Source: Alphaproteobacteria bacterium (lineage in GTDB: Bacteria; Pseudomonadota; Alphaproteobacteria; JAJFFI01). Taken from it: 64,000 nt of DNA. Below the pieces are notes generated by a model. That model was given only the letters and a program-made list of their open reading frames with translations. It made no database searches and was not told the origin of the DNA. The position numbers were made by a program, and so were the translations under genes. The number at the start of each line of letters is the position of its first letter. Positions within the stretch are counted from its first letter, which is position 1. The DNA lies in NCBI GenBank assembly GCA_030066595.1, contig JASJBI010000061.1, forward strand, positions 346 to 64,345. The letters run 5' to 3'. Below are positions 61,221 to 64,000 of this stretch, piece after piece.

Positions 61221-62195
61221 TTAAATTTCTTCTAAACAACCGATTAATGCTTTGATATCCATCGGTATCGGCGACTGAAACCTTAACGATTTACGCGAAA
61301 TTGGGTGGTCAAACCCAATCAAATGGGCGTGAAGCGCCTGCCGGCCCAGCCGCCGGGCCGCATCTTCAGCCGCTTCGCCCGCGCCGCGCCGCCGCCGCCC
61401 GTAGACCGGATCGCCGATCACCGGGTGGCCGATATGGGCCAGATGCACCCGGATCTGGTGCGTCCGGCCGGTCTCGAGCCGGCATTCCAGGCGGCTCGCC
61501 AGCGGCGCCTCGGACGGGCCGTAGCGCCGGGTGACGCGGTATCGAGTCACCGCAGGTTTGCCGCCCCGGGCGAGCACCGCCATTTTCTTACGGTTCCGCG
61601 GGTTGCGCCCGATATTGCCGCGAATCTCGCCCGCGGCGGGCGCGGGCACGCCCCAGACGACAGCCGTATAGGCCCGGGCGATGCTGCGCGCCTGGAACTG
61701 GGCGACCAGCCCCGAATGGGCGGCATCCGTCTTGGCCACGACCATGAGCCCGCTGGTGTCCTTGTCCAGCCGGTGCACGATGCCGGGCCGCCGAACGCCG
61801 CCGACCCCGACCAGGCTGTCGCCGCAATGGGCGATCAAGGCGTTGACCAGTGTCCGGTCCGGGTTTCCGGGTGCCGGATGCACCACCAGCCCGGCTGGCT
61901 TGTCGATCACGATCAGGTCCGGGTCCTCGTAGACGACGGAAAGAGGAATATCCTCTCCCCTGGGAATCGCGGGCGCAGCCTCGGGGACAATGATGGCGAA
62001 AGTTTGGTCCGGTTTGACCCGGTAGGAGGGCTCCGATATCGTCTCGCCGGCGGTCGCGACGCGGCCGTCCTGGATCAGCGCCTTGAGCCGCGACCGGGAC
62101 AGCGCGGGGCAGTGGGCGGCGAGAACCGCATCCAGCCGGCCGCCGGCGTCGCCGGCCGCGGTGGTCACCCGGATCTGACGTTCTCCATCGGACAT
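61221..62195 (-). CDS. rluD: 23S rRNA pseudouridine synthase RluD (S4 domain + RluA-family catalytic domain)
   Basis: HRLDKDTSGLMVVAK catalytic Asp motif, N-terminal S4-like domain; conserved rluD-rpoH pair; only the C-terminal 324 aa of track ORF 61221..63086 are accepted. Confidence 0.9.
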   Translation of the reverse strand: MSDGERQIRVTTAAGDAGGRLDAVLAAHCPALSRSRLKALIQDGRVATAGETISEPSYRVKPDQTFAIIVPEAAPAIPRGEDIPLSVVYEDPDLIVIDKPAGLVVHPAPGNPDRTLVNALIAHCGDSLVGVGGVRRPGIVHRLDKDTSGLMVVAKTDAAHSGLVAQFQARSIARAYTAVVWGVPAPAAGEIRGNIGRNPRNRKKMAVLARGGKPAVTRYRVTRRYGPSEAPLASRLECRLETGRTHQIRVHLAHIGHPVIGDPVYGRRRRGAGEAAEDAARRLGRQALHAHLIGFDHPISRKSLRFQSPIPMDIKALIGCLEEI

Positions 62196-62214
62196 GCCGC
62201 CAGACTGACCCCAA

Positions 62215-62514
62215 ATGCAGCAAGCGCTCAAGTTTCTCGTCATCTTCATGGGGATCCTGATCCTGGCCGGGCTGGCGGTGATCGCCATCGAGCTGGGCAG
62301 CCGGTTCTCGGGCCGGGGCGGAGACGCCGGCAAGGGCGGCTTCGGCACGGTGGAGCTGGGCCTGCCGGCGGGAACCTCGGTGACCGCCGTTGACGGGACC
62401 GTGGATCGCCTGTTCGTCACCACCCGCCTGCCCGACGGCCGCGAGCAGATCCTCATTCTCGACCTGGAGAGCGGCGCGGTGGTCGGCCGGGTCAACGTGA
62501 CGGCGGCCCCGTGA
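62215..62514 (+). CDS. Small membrane-anchored hypothetical protein (99 aa)
   Basis: N-terminal TM FLVIFMGILILAGLAVIAI; 4-nt overlap with the next gene. Confidence 0.45.
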   Translation: MQQALKFLVIFMGILILAGLAVIAIELGSRFSGRGGDAGKGGFGTVELGLPAGTSVTAVDGTVDRLFVTTRLPDGREQILILDLESGAVVGRVNVTAAP

Positions 62515-62963
62515 CCCAAGCGAGCGTGCGCCTGCCCCGCGCCTGCCTGCGCCGGATCGAGGAGGCCGCGCGGGCGGCCTGGCCCGAGGAGTGCTGCGGC
62601 CTTCTGGCCGGCCGGCGCGGCCCGGACGCTTCGATCGAGATCCTGCGGGCCGTGCCGGCGCCGAACATCGCCGCCGAGCGCGCCCGCCGCTTTGAGATCG
62701 ATCCCCAGCTCTGGCTCGACCTGCGCCGCCAGCTGGCCGGCGGGCCGGATGCCATTCTTGGGCTCTACCACTCCCACCCGGACGGCGCGGCGCTCCCTTC
62801 GCCGCGGGACGCGGCCGCGGCCTGGCCCTTGGGCCCGGCGGACGGGCCCGTGGTCTGGCTGATCACCGCCATGCGCGCCGGCGCCGTGACGGAAACCCGC
62901 GCCCATGCCTTCCTGGGCGCGGATCGGGGCTTCCAAGAGATCTCTTTGGTTTCTGTCGATTAA
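62511..62963 (+). CDS. JAB/MPN (Mov34) domain M67-family metalloprotease
   Basis: JAMM motif EECCGLLAG ... YHSHPDGAALPSPRD. Confidence 0.75.
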   Translation: MTQASVRLPRACLRRIEEAARAAWPEECCGLLAGRRGPDASIEILRAVPAPNIAAERARRFEIDPQLWLDLRRQLAGGPDAILGLYHSHPDGAALPSPRDAAAAWPLGPADGPVVWLITAMRAGAVTETRAHAFLGADRGFQEISLVSVD

Positions 62964-63003
62964 GGGGCGGCGGAGAGCGCCTCCGGAGGCTATGATCCCG
63001 CCC

Positions 63004-64000
63004 ATGAACTTCGCCAGCGACAACACGACCATCGTCGCGCCCGAGATCCTGGCCGCGATCGAGCGGGCCAACCAGGGCCAGGCCATGCCTTACGGCAACG
63101 ACGAGATCACCGCGCGGCTGGCCGACCGTTTCGCCGAGGTGTTCGAGACCGAGGTCGCGGTCTTCCCGGTGGCCATGGGCTCGGCAGCGAACTCCTTGGG
63201 CCTCGCCACCATGACGCCGCCCTGGGGCGCGATCTACTGTCACGAGGAGTCGCATATCAACATGGACGAGTGCGGCGCGCCCGAATTCTATACCGGCGGC
63301 GCCAAGCTGGTCGCCATGGCGGGCGCCGAGGGCAAGCTCCAGGCCGCGGATCTGGCCGAGCGGCTGGGCCGCGCCGGCACCGGCGTCGTGCATCACGTGC
63401 AGCCCGCGGCGGTGAGCCTGACACAGTCGACCGAGGCCGGCACCGTCTACACCCCGGACGAGATCGGCGCCATCGCCGCGCTCTGCCGTGCCCACACGCT
63501 CGGCCTGCAGATGGACGGGGCGCGCTTCGCCAATGCCGTTGCCGCGCTCGATTGCGCGCCGGCCGACATCACCTGGCGGGCGGGCGTGGACGTGCTCGCC
63601 TTCGGCGCCACCAAGAACGGCGCCATGGCGGCCGAAGCGGTCGTGTTCTTCCGCAAGGACCTGGCCGCGGACTTCGAATTCCGGCGCAAGCGGGCCGGGC
63701 ACCTGTTCTCCAAGATGCGCTTTGTCTCGGCTCAGCTTGAGGCCTATCTTGCGGACGGCCTCTGGCTCAAGAACGCGGCCCACGCCAACGCCATGGCCCG
63801 TCGGCTCGCGGACGGGCTCGGCGCCGTGGAGGGCGCGCGGCTCCTGCATCCGGTGGAGGCCAACGAGATCTTCGTCGCCCTGCCCGAGCCGGTGATCCGC
63901 GGGCTCGAAGGGGACGGCTTCCTCTTCTACCGCTGGGAGGGCGAGGGCTCGACCACGCTTCGCCTGGTCACCGCCTTCAGCAGCCGCCAAGAGGACGTCG
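63004..64000 (+). CDS. ltaE: Low-specificity L-threonine aldolase, PLP-dependent (3' end beyond window)
   Basis: MNFASDNTTIVAPEILAAIERAN N-terminus, Beta_elim_lyase fold; open to the window end. Confidence 0.85.
   Translation, partial: MNFASDNTTIVAPEILAAIERANQGQAMPYGNDEITARLADRFAEVFETEVAVFPVAMGSAANSLGLATMTPPWGAIYCHEESHINMDECGAPEFYTGGAKLVAMAGAEGKLQAADLAERLGRAGTGVVHHVQPAAVSLTQSTEAGTVYTPDEIGAIAALCRAHTLGLQMDGARFANAVAALDCAPADITWRAGVDVLAFGATKNGAMAAEAVVFFRKDLAADFEFRRKRAGHLFSKMRFVSAQLEAYLADGLWLKNAAHANAMARRLADGLGAVEGARLLHPVEANEIFVALPEPVIRGLEGDGFLFYRWEGEGSTTLRLVTAFSSRQEDV

Noticed and set aside
62196-63086. N-terminal ~297 aa of ORF 61221..63086
   Set aside because: Antisense to the JAB/MPN and small membrane protein genes; RluD homology starts at ATG 62195.

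Overview
High-GC (~68%) alphaproteobacterial chromosome segment, probably Rhodospirillales-like; this is a guess from gene content and synteny only. About 65 protein-coding genes, no rRNA, tRNA, CRISPR, transposase or integrase detected. The window opens inside a Cache/HAMP methyl-accepting chemotaxis protein (minus strand, C-terminus off-window). It then runs through a conserved core block: yebC-ruvCAB, the full ybgC-tolQRAB-pal-cpoB cluster, tilS-ftsH-folP-glmM-thiD. Positions ~18-45 kb hold a mosaic of regulators (MocR, MarR, TetR, 2x LysR, ArsR), transporters (AI-2E, EamA, SLC13 with TrkA-C), small-molecule enzymes (PhzF, Thr/Ser dehydratase, AlaX, Tag, GT1, a DCC-COQ7 fusion, folE, MAPEG, three hotdog-fold enzymes, tartrate dehydrogenase, GNATs), a TPR adenylate cyclase and a ceramidase-like membrane protein. 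A second core block follows: serC-serA-ridA, hisZ-purA, convergent kefB. Between kefB and the conserved rpoH-rluD pair lies a ~5.7 kb segment (54.4-60.1 kb) that looks accessory. It carries a secreted cupin-like gene, degenerate duplicated fragments of the kefB 5' end and purA 3' end, an ArsR + tandem-SRPBCC pair, and a type III polyketide synthase translationally coupled to an ICMT-family membrane methyltransferase (bpsA/bpsB- or srsA/srsB-like phenolic-lipid cassette), closed by a DUF2141 gene. The window ends with rluD, a small membrane protein, a JAB/MPN metalloprotease and a partial low-specificity threonine aldolase. The most notable observations are the PKS-methyltransferase cassette inside the scarred insertion, the recombination scar itself, a DCC(DUF393)-COQ7 fusion, and several sharply defined palindromic or repeated operator-like motifs in unusually AT-rich promoters.
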